Below, piece by piece: positions 45,472 to 54,605 of a DNA stretch of 64,000 bases. Source of the DNA: a virus; the IMG/VR virus record IMGVR_UViG_3300044826_000112; one strand, 5' to 3'. A program made the translations under genes and the position numbers. Below the pieces are notes generated by a model. That model searched no databases. It was given only the letters and a program-made list of their open reading frames with translations, and was not told the origin of the DNA. The first letter of the stretch is position 1. Every line of letters starts with the position of its first letter.

Positions 45472-45906
45472 ATGAACTTCAACAGTCTGTTTGAACTCCT
45501 GATCGGCGATACCAGCCATGACGGACACGGCCAGGTCAGCTGCTACGCATACCAATGGGTGGGTGATATGGCAGATCTGGACTACGACTCTGCAAGCGAG
45601 GCTTTCGAGAACCTCCTGGCTCTGGGGCGTAACATCATGTCTATCCCGAAAAACATGATCTACGAGAAGTACATCCCTGAGGCCTACTACTCCAAGATTC
45701 TGGAGTATGCCGAGCAGTTCAACCCTGATCTCGTAGAACACATCAAGGGTGAGTGTGAGATCATATCTGGTAACGTGAACCTGCATGAAGATGCCTATCT
45801 GAGCATCATGCTGGCCATCGCTACTGTGGGCTACGGGAGTCCTCTCCCGATCAAGTCTGTCGAGATCCCAGCTATTGACCTGGGTGGATACGACATTCTG
45901 GCGTAA
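45472..45906 (+). CDS. Paralogue array member 4
   Basis: GDTSHDGH and C-terminal GGYDIL. Confidence 0.75.
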   Translation: MNFNSLFELLIGDTSHDGHGQVSCYAYQWVGDMADLDYDSASEAFENLLALGRNIMSIPKNMIYEKYIPEAYYSKILEYAEQFNPDLVEHIKGECEIISGNVNLHEDAYLSIMLAIATVGYGSPLPIKSVEIPAIDLGGYDILA

Positions 45907-45911
45907 CTGAT

Positions 45912-45936
45912 AGAGGGCTCAACGGCCCTCTTTCTT
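45912..45936 (+). terminator. Rho-independent terminator
   Basis: AGAGGGC-TCAACG-GCCCTCT-TTCTT. Confidence 0.7.
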
Positions 45937-45954
45937 GGTATAAGTACCTTGGAG
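45937..45954 (+). promoter_or_regulatory. Phage GGTATAAG promoter motif
   Basis: GGTATAAGTACCTTGGAG, identical to 8127-8144. Confidence 0.65.
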
Positions 45955-45993
45955 TCGATGAGATCGACCTAATCATAACTAAAAGAGGCTATT

Positions 45994-46713
45994 ATGAAAT
46001 TTCATCTGTACGTACCTGTGGAAGAAGAAGGTAAAGAGCCGCCTACCCGCATCCGTACCTTGATCGGTCAGATGCACCTGGCTGGTCACACCTTCTGCTC
46101 AGAAGTAGGAGATACTGCTGACGGCTCTATCACCTTCCATCAGTTCACCGATGTAGAAGATCCGGCATGCACCCTGTTCTTCATGACACTCGAGAACAAA
46201 TACGGCAAGTTCCTGTGTGACTCTACCGTTACTAGCTATCCCCTGCTCATGCAGTGGATCGACGAGTGCTTCGTAGAGCCTCAAGGCCTTGGTGCTGCTC
46301 TGTATGTCCTGTTCAGCCCGAACAAAGGCTTCGCCATGCTGATGAGCGAGAAGCGTGGCCTCACTTTCCCGGGTGGTAAGATCGAAGAAGGGGAGGAACC
46401 CTACGAGGCGTGTATCAGGGAGGTGATGGAGGAGACTGGTATGATTGCCAAGATCCATCCCAAAGCATCCTTCCAGATGATGTGTGGTACATGCCGGTGC
46501 CACGTACATGTCTGCATCGAGGATAGTGCAGAGGTTCTTCCAAATGAGTTCGGTCCTCAACCTGAATTCGCTCATGAAGGTAAGGGCGTTTGGAATCCGT
46601 ACACTCTTCCGAGCAAGTACTGTGGGTTCAACGAGCGGGTATATCAGACCGTTCTGTCTATGGCTGGCATCTGGGGTCACGTACGTGAGCATGGAATCAC
46701 AGCTGCTGACTGA
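45994..46713 (+). CDS. Nudix hydrolase with N-terminal extension
   Basis: Nudix box GGKIEEGEEPYEACIREVMEETG. Confidence 0.88.
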   Translation: MKFHLYVPVEEEGKEPPTRIRTLIGQMHLAGHTFCSEVGDTADGSITFHQFTDVEDPACTLFFMTLENKYGKFLCDSTVTSYPLLMQWIDECFVEPQGLGAALYVLFSPNKGFAMLMSEKRGLTFPGGKIEEGEEPYEACIREVMEETGMIAKIHPKASFQMMCGTCRCHVHVCIEDSAEVLPNEFGPQPEFAHEGKGVWNPYTLPSKYCGFNERVYQTVLSMAGIWGHVREHGITAAD

Positions 46714-46909
46714 GATTCGTCTCGGGATAGCTCTAGGCGGTCGTCCTAAGGTGATCGTCGCCAACTTGGCCAAAAGCGGGAGGTATCCCGCTTCTGCCCT
46801 TCTCATCGGACTCTTGAAGTCCAAGCATCCAGAACAGATCGTGGAGGAGCTCATACCTGCACACGATCAAGCACTCCAGGAGGAGAAATGCAGTCTGTTA
46901 ATGATTTAG
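46691..46909 (+). CDS. Hypothetical protein
   Basis: ATG 46691; fills the gap after the Nudix gene. Confidence 0.5.
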   Translation: MESQLLTEIRLGIALGGRPKVIVANLAKSGRYPASALLIGLLKSKHPEQIVEELIPAHDQALQEEKCSLLMI

Positions 46910-47100
46910 TGATGTCGTATGACGAGATGAACGCCATGGTAGGCGAGATGCTCAAGAAGAAAGGTTTCATAGGTCCAGGTAACTCTGTCGCCGTCAATGT
47001 GTTGACAGTAGATCGTCACCAAGGTGAGGGGTTCAAGCTGCGGGTCTCTGTAACGACTCCAGACGTCCCTGAGAAGCCAGAGGGGCCTATCTCGCGGTAA
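46888..47100 (+). CDS. Hypothetical protein
   Basis: AGGAGG RBS, 70 aa. Confidence 0.65.
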   Translation: MQSVNDLVMSYDEMNAMVGEMLKKKGFIGPGNSVAVNVLTVDRHQGEGFKLRVSVTTPDVPEKPEGPISR

Positions 47101-47149
47101 CCATATTGCCGAACTCTCAGAATCGCTCCTAGAGCGTCTGAGAGCGTCT

Positions 47150-47174
47150 GAGGGGGCGTTGCACCCCCTCTTTT
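47150..47174. terminator. Terminator at convergent junction
   Basis: GAGGGGG...CCCCCTC-TTTT. Confidence 0.6.
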
Positions 47175-47463
47175 AGCCTACGTTCACATTCCCAGAGCAC
47201 CCCCCGGCAATCTTATCTCCGCATCCACAAGAACTTCCCATCTTTGCCAACGGTTTCCCGTTAACGAAGACGGTTCCAGACCCTGCAGATACAGTTACGG
47301 CGTGCGGAGGGTTATCCGGCTTGCTGTGACTGACAGAGTTATGACCTACAGTTACTGCTCCGACACCATTGATATTGACGTTAGGAGAGCAATCAGGGAT
47401 GGATACGGGTGGGAATCCATCATGACCTGCTGTAGTACACCCTTTTTTAGCTGCTGCTGCCAT
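47173..47463 (-). CDS. PAAR-repeat spike tip protein
   Basis: GHDGFPP, SPNVNING, GSGTVFVNGKPLA..G..CGCGD.I. Confidence 0.9.
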   Translation of the reverse strand: MAAAAKKGCTTAGHDGFPPVSIPDCSPNVNINGVGAVTVGHNSVSHSKPDNPPHAVTVSAGSGTVFVNGKPLAKMGSSCGCGDKIAGGCSGNVNVG

Positions 47464-47472
47464 ATCTACTCC

Positions 47473-48588
47473 TTAGTTCAGGTTGATAGTCGATGCTTTC
47501 ACGTCAAAGGAACCGCCTGCGTTGAACTTCACGTTACCGGATGCATTAAATTGCATATCCCCGGATGTGGTGACTGTAAGCTTGCCATTGGTGTTTGCAT
47601 CGATAACCACAGCACCATTGGAGTTAATTCTGATTCCCCGCTTGTCGATGTCGACTTTCCAGTTTGTTCCGACATCCAGGTGGATAGAGGTTTCGTCCAT
47701 CTTATAGTAAGAGGTGTCTCCTCCATGGACTTTGATAGAGGCGATATTCTCCGCACGGATCTCTTCCATCCGGCTAGATCCTCCTGCGTTCTGGGAAAGT
47801 ACTCTGACACGACCTGTAATAAACTTCTCAGTGGTGCGTCTAAGAGCGTTGGCGGCATCATAGAGATATTCTCTGAAGTAGGATCCGTCATCTGCAGCAC
47901 TAGATCCAGCACCTGCTGTCGCGTATCCCTTTCCGATAGACTCCCCTGCTTGAGCCATTCCTTCAAAGCGTTTGACGGTTGCTCTCTCACTTCTCGAATC
48001 GGCTTGAGATCGATATAGCTCGTAAACGGAGAATAGTTTTCCACGTGTGCTTACCTTGTAAGTTGCGTCCATATCCGTGAAGAGCTCGTAGTTACGAGAC
48101 ACTACGCGAACCAAGTCTCCTAGCTTAGAGACGATGATCTGAGACATGGAGGAGGACTTAAGGATGGCCGTACCAGATCTCAGCAATGCGATGATACCAC
48201 CCATCTTGTTGGATAGCACGCGGTCACCTGGACGTACATCTTGAGGATTCTTGCGGTCACCCTTGATCCCGTTACTCTTCATAGGAGAGTAGTCGGCGAT
48301 GTCAGGAGTTGCCGATGCGGCACCCTTAATGCCGGGCATTGGGACGTCACCAACAGATGCTACCGGTAGGTATCCGGTAATGTAGAAACTGCCGTTTCTC
48401 TGCTCGATTTGAACCTCATCACCTTCGGATGGGATCGATACGTCTGAACTGGAGGGGGACATCCAGCGAACGTTGGAGATAGGACGTCTATCTCGAGTCA
48501 GGCATTTGCACACACTACGCTGAACGTCTACGGCGATTACCGTAGCTTCATTCGTGCTGCTTACGTCAGGTTTGCTTTGTCCGAACAT
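47473..48588 (-). CDS. Baseplate central spike (gpV/gp5-like)
   Basis: OB-fold-like N-terminus (IPSEGDEV), beta-repeat C-terminus ending TINLN; adjacent to PAAR. Confidence 0.78.
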   Translation of the reverse strand: MFGQSKPDVSSTNEATVIAVDVQRSVCKCLTRDRRPISNVRWMSPSSSDVSIPSEGDEVQIEQRNGSFYITGYLPVASVGDVPMPGIKGAASATPDIADYSPMKSNGIKGDRKNPQDVRPGDRVLSNKMGGIIALLRSGTAILKSSSMSQIIVSKLGDLVRVVSRNYELFTDMDATYKVSTRGKLFSVYELYRSQADSRSERATVKRFEGMAQAGESIGKGYATAGAGSSAADDGSYFREYLYDAANALRRTTEKFITGRVRVLSQNAGGSSRMEEIRAENIASIKVHGGDTSYYKMDETSIHLDVGTNWKVDIDKRGIRINSNGAVVIDANTNGKLTVTTSGDMQFNASGNVKFNAGGSFDVKASTINLN

Positions 48589-48603
48589 GATTACTCCAAA
48601 CTA

Positions 48604-48623
48604 GAAGGGCCCCGAAGGGCCCT
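48604..48623 (-). terminator. Terminator after tail tube gene
   Basis: AGGGCCC-TTCG-GGGCCCT on - strand. Confidence 0.7.
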
Positions 48624-48628
48624 ATCTT

Positions 48629-49330
48629 TTAGCGAAGGTCGACTGGGACAACCCGGTCGAATTCGATCGATAGACTTTCCGCGATCACCGGAGACTGGCT
48701 CTGAACGTTGAACTGGAAGTTCGACATCATGCAGTATTCCAGGTACGCAGCACCCAGGATCTTACCACGCAGGCCTACGTTGCCTTGAGCACCCTTGGTC
48801 TTGAACAGCAGCAACATACCGAACGGCACGCCGAGAGCTTCGGAGTCCAGGTTCATGTAGAAGTTGTTCACGCCAGGAGCCTTAGTACCACCTGCGTTAA
48901 CAGTGTACTTGCCATCTTCCATACCTGCAATCAGGTTAGGAGTCACGGACTCTTGGGTCAGTACCTTCATCAGGTTTTGCTGATCCGCAAGCATAGCTTG
49001 GATCTGCATCTGATGCATGGTCTTACCGCGTGTGAAGAAGCTACGGTTAGAACCGATCTCGAACAGACGTTGCAGCTGGGCAGAAGAGCCGAAGCTGAAG
49101 CCGTCGATCAGACCGATCGGGTGAAGCTTCTTGGTATCCTTGCCGATACCAGTGAAACGTGCAGGGCCTCCGAACACCAAAGTGGTGTCTGGAGTAGCGG
49201 AACCTTGACTGAAACGCTCAAGACCGTCGCCAGAGGCGAGGTTGTTGATGTATTCACCCTTCCAGTCCCAACCCGCAGATAGGCCTTCAGTCTGGGTGAC
49301 GATGCCTAGTGCGTCTTTTGGTGTACTCAT
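48629..49330 (-). CDS. Tail tube protein
   Basis: PIGLI..FS...QLQRLFEIGSNRS, YLEYC....F, near sheath gene, highly expressed codon usage. Confidence 0.7.
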   Translation of the reverse strand: MSTPKDALGIVTQTEGLSAGWDWKGEYINNLASGDGLERFSQGSATPDTTLVFGGPARFTGIGKDTKKLHPIGLIDGFSFGSSAQLQRLFEIGSNRSFFTRGKTMHQMQIQAMLADQQNLMKVLTQESVTPNLIAGMEDGKYTVNAGGTKAPGVNNFYMNLDSEALGVPFGMLLLFKTKGAQGNVGLRGKILGAAYLEYCMMSNFQFNVQSQSPVIAESLSIEFDRVVPVDLR

Positions 49331-49384
49331 TTAATCTCTCCTATCTAGACAGTGAGAGCAGTCCGCCCTCTACTGTTGATGATT

Positions 49385-49882
49385 TTAAGCTGATCTGTAT
49401 TTCCGAAGCTGATCTTCAAGCTCTACGTGCCGTTTAAACGCTTTTCCATGGGCGTATAGCTGAGCACCCTTCAAAGCTAAGCCACCTACAAGTGCAGATT
49501 TACCTACGGCTTTCCCCACACTCTTAAGGGTGGGTTTTGACTTAAAGGCTGTGTGAAGTGCTCCGCCTAATGCCCCGCCAGCAATGGCCCCGTGGGTAAA
49601 ACCGCTAACCTTGTGGTCATCTAGCCGCTTCAGATCACGTGCTCTATCTGCAAGTTCGCTTTCTGCTACCCCTTCGTGGAAGTCAGCAGGTAACCCAGTC
49701 TTAGCCAAAATAGCCTTATGAGCTTTATGACTAGCCTGATAGTGCCCTGTTTGAGCCTTAGCTACCTCGTGGATAGACGTGTACTTCTTATGGTTACGCT
49801 TATGATCTAACGCCTCGTATTCCTTGGCGTGATGAGTTCTCTGATCATACAGCTCCCCAGCGATCTTCAGTAATCCACTCAT
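49385..49882 (-). CDS. Basic His/Lys-rich protein with N-terminal MSGLLKIA tag
   Basis: N-terminal tag shared by four adjacent genes. Confidence 0.7.
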   Translation of the reverse strand: MSGLLKIAGELYDQRTHHAKEYEALDHKRNHKKYTSIHEVAKAQTGHYQASHKAHKAILAKTGLPADFHEGVAESELADRARDLKRLDDHKVSGFTHGAIAGGALGGALHTAFKSKPTLKSVGKAVGKSALVGGLALKGAQLYAHGKAFKRHVELEDQLRKYRSA

Positions 49883-50028
49883 TTCTTGTGTTCCTTTTTC
49901 TGCTTGCGGCGTTTAACTGCATGCTCGCCACCTGATACTGCCAGGTTGAAGGCCTCATCTGCATAATCTTTATGGCCATTGTGGTGCTTCATATGCAGAT
50001 GCTTAGCGAGCTTCAATAGGCCGTTCAT
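49879..50028 (-). CDS. Small basic protein with MNGLLKLA tag (49 aa, not in ORF track)
   Basis: ATGA-coupled on both sides; MNGLLKLAKHLHMKHHNG...KRRKQKKEHKK. Confidence 0.75.
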   Translation of the reverse strand: MNGLLKLAKHLHMKHHNGHKDYADEAFNLAVSGGEHAVKRRKQKKEHKK

Positions 50029-50324
50029 TTCTTGTGGCTAGCCTTAGCGGTATCGTACTCAGCGGTGGCTTTAGCGAGGTTCTTTGCGGCACGCTGCTTG
50101 TTCAAGTGGCCGCCGGCAACCCCGCCACCTATTAACGCCCCCAGGAACATATTCTTGGAGAGCTTTTTAGTCAGTCTAGGGGCTAGTAGATCTACGCCTG
50201 CAACGGTTCCTACACCAGCAGCTGTACCGACAAATCTAGCATGCTTGTTAGCATTCTCTGCTTGGTTTTTGGCGTGACGCTTAATAAATAGCTCGGAAGC
50301 GGCAATCTTCAATAGTGCATTCAT
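50025..50324 (-). CDS. Basic protein with MNALLKIA tag
   Basis: ATG 50324; Gly-zipper hydrophobic segments. Confidence 0.7.
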   Translation of the reverse strand: MNALLKIAASELFIKRHAKNQAENANKHARFVGTAAGVGTVAGVDLLAPRLTKKLSKNMFLGALIGGGVAGGHLNKQRAAKNLAKATAEYDTAKASHKK

Positions 50325-50362
50325 TAGAACCAATCCTCTTCTCTAAACATATAAGCCGTTCA

Positions 50363-50677
50363 TTAGCCTTGCTTAATCTTCTTAAGGATATAGCGGTGCT
50401 CCGCATCCTTATAAGCAGCATCTGCTTTCTTTACCTTACGAGCGTTGTGAAGGTGAGCGGCAGCAGCCCCGAGGCCAGTACCTACACCTGCTCCGGAAAG
50501 AGGGCCTAGTCGTTTTACCGCTAGACCTGTGGCTCCGCCCACTAGGGCACCAGCCAAAGATCCCTTGACGATACTGCCCTTACGTTCAGCTTGAGCCTTA
50601 TGCTTATCCGACGCGGCATGAATCATATCTAGATCTTCGGCTGATAATTGATATGCGAGTTTAAGTAGAGTGTTCAT
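50363..50677 (-). CDS. Basic protein with MNTLLKLA tag
   Basis: AGGAG RBS; Gly-zipper segments. Confidence 0.7.
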   Translation of the reverse strand: MNTLLKLAYQLSAEDLDMIHAASDKHKAQAERKGSIVKGSLAGALVGGATGLAVKRLGPLSGAGVGTGLGAAAAHLHNARKVKKADAAYKDAEHRYILKKIKQG

Positions 50678-50692
50678 GATCTCTCCTATCAG

Positions 50693-50714
50693 AAAGGGCC
50701 CCGAAGGGCCCTTT
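50693..50714 (-). terminator. Terminator after tail sheath gene
   Basis: AAAGGGCCC-TTCG-GGGCCCTTT on - strand. Confidence 0.8.
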
Positions 50715-50717
50715 GGG

Positions 50718-52781
50718 TTAGATAACCAGCTGAACGTCGTTGTAGTTGTTCGGAGATACGATCTCCGTCTTGATACGAACGTCGATGGTGTCCTTGTTGG
50801 TGGCGTTTTGCTCCAACTTCTGGATCTCGTAGGAGATCAGAGGGGCACCGATCTTCGGCAGCTTTTGGGTTAGCAGGTTCTCGGATGCCGAGATGATGGT
50901 CTGACGGATAGTAGTCAGAGTATCCTCGGTGATGTTCCACTGACCGATGAAGTCGTCCAGCAGGTCGTGGTAGAAGTAGGACAGGTAGTCCCAGTTCTTG
51001 ACCTTCAGGATTTCACGGTACTCAAGAACGCTCATGTCCGTGGTCAGCTCGTGACGGCAGTAAGGCATGCCACCCTGAGTGTCCTGTACGAACAAGCAGG
51101 TACCAGCACCAGCCATCAGGTTCAGCTCTTCACGAGTGAAGTAGTAGTTGGACAGGGACAGGTCGTCGATGCCTACTACGCCGATGTTGGTGAAGCCTTG
51201 CTGTACTGGGAAACCAGCAACCATACCTGCGATACCGCAAGCCAGGTAGTAGCCTGGCAGGTACTTCATGACACCGCCGATCTTGATGCCAACTTTCGGA
51301 GGCATTACGTGAACGACACGGTTGGACTTGAAGTTTTCGCTGGTAGCAGCAACACGTTCAGCCTGCTGACGACGGCTCAGATCACGACGTACGTAGTAAG
51401 TAGTGTTCTGGGCTACCGGTACAACTTCTTTCAGTTGGACCATGGTGTTGTTCAGTGCACGAACGACAGTGAACTCACCCTTAGCAGCGTCATCTGTCCC
51501 TGTAGAGATGACTACCTTGTCACCGGCCTGGATCTTGTCAGAGATGAACTGAGCACCCTTGTCTTCCAGTACTGCAGAGCCGTCATCACCCTTGATGATG
51601 TGAGCGGTTTCAGTAGCCGGCTTGTCCTCAGGACGGCGGGCACCGATGTAGTCGAACTCCGGCAGAGCGGTGTTCACGATGGCCATACGCCACATTGCTT
51701 CTACAGGCTGGGACAGCTGCACGCAGTGTGCCTTCAGCATGTTGGCAATGTTGATGTCCTGGTTCAGAGCTACCAGGCAGTAAACCTTCTCGGTTTCGAT
51801 CAGGTCAAGAGCCTTGCTGTAACCTTCAGCGTCATCACTTTCTACCGCTAGAGCACGGATAGAAGTGGTGGTGTTCTGCTGAGCGATGGAGACGCCCAGG
51901 GACAGCGGGTTCAGCTCGGAAGCCACGCCCAGCTTGCCAGTACGATCGGATGGATCGTTGATGGTCAGCAGGGTGCTCACGGTATCCAGACGCTGTGCAC
52001 GGTAGCCTACGTAGGTCTCGATCACGTCGTAACCAGTGGTTTCTGACGGTGCACGGAACACGTAGTCAGACGGGTTAGCAGCGTTCGGGAACGGACGTGC
52101 GGTACGAGACAAGGTGACCTTGGCAACCGCATCTTGGATGTGGTTGAAGGACAGGTACTGCTTGTCCACCTGCAGGAAGTCGAAGGTGTGGTAGATCTTG
52201 AAGGTAGCCAGCAGCGGAGTGTTGTCTACGTAATCGATCGGGTTAGCCACACGCAGATACTTCTTGCCGTTAGCAGACTCGACACCAACTACGATAGTGG
52301 TGTAGGTCTTGGCAGTAGTCTCAACGATTACCAGGTCGCCGGCACGTACGTGAGCACCGCGGTTGCCTGGGAGGGCAGCGGTAGGATCATACTCGGTGTC
52401 ACCGAACTTGGAACCAGTCACCGGAATCTCAAACAGAGACTTATCCACTTTGTCCTTGTTCTTCAACAGGTCGAAAGTGAACTCGTAGGTTTGAACCTGT
52501 GCGTTCTTCAGCAGAACTTCTACTTCCGCAGTCACGACCTTCTGGCCAGGGAAGGCGGTGGAGTCGTTCAGCGGCAGCTCGAAATCTGCAGTTGCTCCAC
52601 TCCAGTTAGTGATGTCGATCGACTTGCTCTTAGTCAGAGAAGTAGAATCGGTCGGATCCGCCTTCACAATGTTGTAAAGAGGACCGATGATCACGGACTG
52701 GAGATCAGGAGTTGCGTTAGCTGCACCGCCAGCATTCTCAAGAATCTGGTAGATGGCAACGCTGGGTTTTCTGTAAGCCAT
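50718..52781 (-). CDS. Contractile tail sheath protein
   Basis: MAYRKPSV N-terminus; PGYYLACGIAG...P.QGFTN, RHELTTD, C-terminal P.NY..V. Confidence 0.88.
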   Translation of the reverse strand: MAYRKPSVAIYQILENAGGAANATPDLQSVIIGPLYNIVKADPTDSTSLTKSKSIDITNWSGATADFELPLNDSTAFPGQKVVTAEVEVLLKNAQVQTYEFTFDLLKNKDKVDKSLFEIPVTGSKFGDTEYDPTAALPGNRGAHVRAGDLVIVETTAKTYTTIVVGVESANGKKYLRVANPIDYVDNTPLLATFKIYHTFDFLQVDKQYLSFNHIQDAVAKVTLSRTARPFPNAANPSDYVFRAPSETTGYDVIETYVGYRAQRLDTVSTLLTINDPSDRTGKLGVASELNPLSLGVSIAQQNTTTSIRALAVESDDAEGYSKALDLIETEKVYCLVALNQDINIANMLKAHCVQLSQPVEAMWRMAIVNTALPEFDYIGARRPEDKPATETAHIIKGDDGSAVLEDKGAQFISDKIQAGDKVVISTGTDDAAKGEFTVVRALNNTMVQLKEVVPVAQNTTYYVRRDLSRRQQAERVAATSENFKSNRVVHVMPPKVGIKIGGVMKYLPGYYLACGIAGMVAGFPVQQGFTNIGVVGIDDLSLSNYYFTREELNLMAGAGTCLFVQDTQGGMPYCRHELTTDMSVLEYREILKVKNWDYLSYFYHDLLDDFIGQWNITEDTLTTIRQTIISASENLLTQKLPKIGAPLISYEIQKLEQNATNKDTIDVRIKTEIVSPNNYNDVQLVI

Positions 52782-52801
52782 GGATACTCCTTAGTCGCTT
52801 C

Positions 52802-53374
52802 TTAACTGGACTTCAGGTCCAGGAAGATATTCTTCAGACGGAAAGCATCGCTTTCAGTCATCCACCCGTCTTCAACTCGATACGGGATGGTTACCACTAT
52901 TTTAAATTTCTCTTTGTCTTCTCTGTCCGGCATACACTCAGACAATTGCATTTCACGAGCATAAGCTTGGAATCCAAAGTCGAGCTCCAGGTACGGTTTA
53001 GACCAAGAGATAAGAATTCTGACGAAATCGCCGATTACCTCGCAGGTTCCCTCGTTAGTGGCTTCGACGATGATCTGGATAGATCCGTCGATGTCCTGGC
53101 GTTTGATCCGTTGCTTCTCACTCTTCTCTCCTACTACCTCTTTGAGGTTCTCGGAGATTGAAGTCATCCGCTGCGTGACCATACCACGCTGTACGAGGAT
53201 TCTCGGGAATTGCTGAACACCGTCACGAGAGTGGTAATCGTTGGCAGTGCCGATAACAATTTTACTCTTCTTTTCGTCAGGATCCCACTTGAGGTCATCA
53301 GGAGCGAACTCCCGAAAGAGACGCCGTAAGACGTCTCGAGTGATAGTGGCTGTTGATAGCGGGTTGAATCGCAT
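52802..53374 (-). CDS. Putative tail completion/terminator protein
   Basis: Directly upstream of sheath; FPRILVQRG. Confidence 0.55.
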   Translation of the reverse strand: MRFNPLSTATITRDVLRRLFREFAPDDLKWDPDEKKSKIVIGTANDYHSRDGVQQFPRILVQRGMVTQRMTSISENLKEVVGEKSEKQRIKRQDIDGSIQIIVEATNEGTCEVIGDFVRILISWSKPYLELDFGFQAYAREMQLSECMPDREDKEKFKIVVTIPYRVEDGWMTESDAFRLKNIFLDLKSS

Positions 53375-53383
53375 GATTGGTCC

Positions 53384-54280
53384 TTAAGAGTGCTGATGTG
53401 GAGGACGTGGTCGTAACTCCACCGTCTCTGCATTATGCAGCAGCTTGTTCTCGATTGATAGTCGTGGAAGCTCCACTAGCTGCATAATCTGTCTCAAGTG
53501 AGCAGTCATCATCTCAGTGTTCTGCAGGGCTTCTACACGGAAGATCCGGTAGTCCGACAGACGGATGATGATGTCATGCGGCTGGATAGTCGGGTAGGCG
53601 ATAGTCCATCCGATCAACCCGTTAGGTTCAAACTTACCGAAGTAGGTCAGCTTACGGTTGTCGTTGGTACTATCGTACTGCACAAGCGTCTTGATGCCAG
53701 TGTAGTAGCCGCCCACAAAGCTCGTCCCGTAGCACACTTCACAGTGATCTTTGACGATCTTCTCAGTGCGAGCATCCCAGCAGTTAGGGCAACGAGTACC
53801 GTAATCACGCTTACGGAACACGATGCTGGGGATGCCTGCAAACTTATCCAGGAGAATCCATTCACGACGAATGATCTCGGACCAGCGAATGTGCTGCCAT
53901 CTAGGCAAAGCACGCCCGATAGTCAGTGGTTGTGACTTGTAGATCTTCCCATCAGACAGCATGGCTTGTACAACGAAGAACTCGCCACTGAATCTGGTGG
54001 AGTCTACAGTCTCACGCACTAGGTAGTGCGGATCACTTGTCGGCTCTGCGTTCACTTCTCGGAAAGGACCCTCTTCGGAGTTACCGATAAACACGGTGAA
54101 CTTCGGATCAAGGGTCTTCCATTCTTCCGGGACTACCCACTCCAAGTAGATCGAATCGAACCACTTAGGCAGGAACTTCACGTCCATCCAGTACTCATCA
54201 ACCTCCTGGCCAACGATCGTCTTCATCTCACGGTGATCGGAGAAGTTAATCCAATCGATAGACATTGGGTTTAAGAGCAT
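53384..54280 (-). CDS. Putative neck/head-closure protein with Zn-finger-like Cys motif
   Basis: RCPNCWD..CEVCYGTSFVGGY; position between capsid and sheath genes. Confidence 0.55.
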   Translation of the reverse strand: MLLNPMSIDWINFSDHREMKTIVGQEVDEYWMDVKFLPKWFDSIYLEWVVPEEWKTLDPKFTVFIGNSEEGPFREVNAEPTSDPHYLVRETVDSTRFSGEFFVVQAMLSDGKIYKSQPLTIGRALPRWQHIRWSEIIRREWILLDKFAGIPSIVFRKRDYGTRCPNCWDARTEKIVKDHCEVCYGTSFVGGYYTGIKTLVQYDSTNDNRKLTYFGKFEPNGLIGWTIAYPTIQPHDIIIRLSDYRIFRVEALQNTEMMTAHLRQIMQLVELPRLSIENKLLHNAETVELRPRPPHQHS

Positions 54281-54282
54281 GA

Positions 54283-54597
54283 TCAGCCTCCGTAAATTCT
54301 ACGTTCAGTCTGTTCGGTACCCTTCTTCTTGCCCATGTGATAGGCAGTAAGAGCAGTACCACCTAGGACTACACCGTTGCGAATCTTACGCATCTGACGT
54401 GCTTCGTCTGCCAGACGTTGCTGACGACGTTGTTCCCGGATGTTGCCGATACCGTTCTGACGGTATCTGTACAGTTTATCAGAAGGGGCCTCGGTCTTTA
54501 CGAAAGACGCAGGGTCAACCTTCTGACTCTTCTTGCGGATCTTGTCGACAATGCGACGGATTCTTCCGCTGTTCTTGAAAACAATCTTCGGCTTCAT
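54283..54597 (-). CDS. Small highly basic protein
   Basis: ATG 54597 after AAGGTGG; Arg/Lys-rich. Confidence 0.6.
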   Translation of the reverse strand: MKPKIVFKNSGRIRRIVDKIRKKSQKVDPASFVKTEAPSDKLYRYRQNGIGNIREQRRQQRLADEARQMRKIRNGVVLGGTALTAYHMGKKKGTEQTERRIYGG

Positions 54598-54605
54598 ATA
54601 CCACC

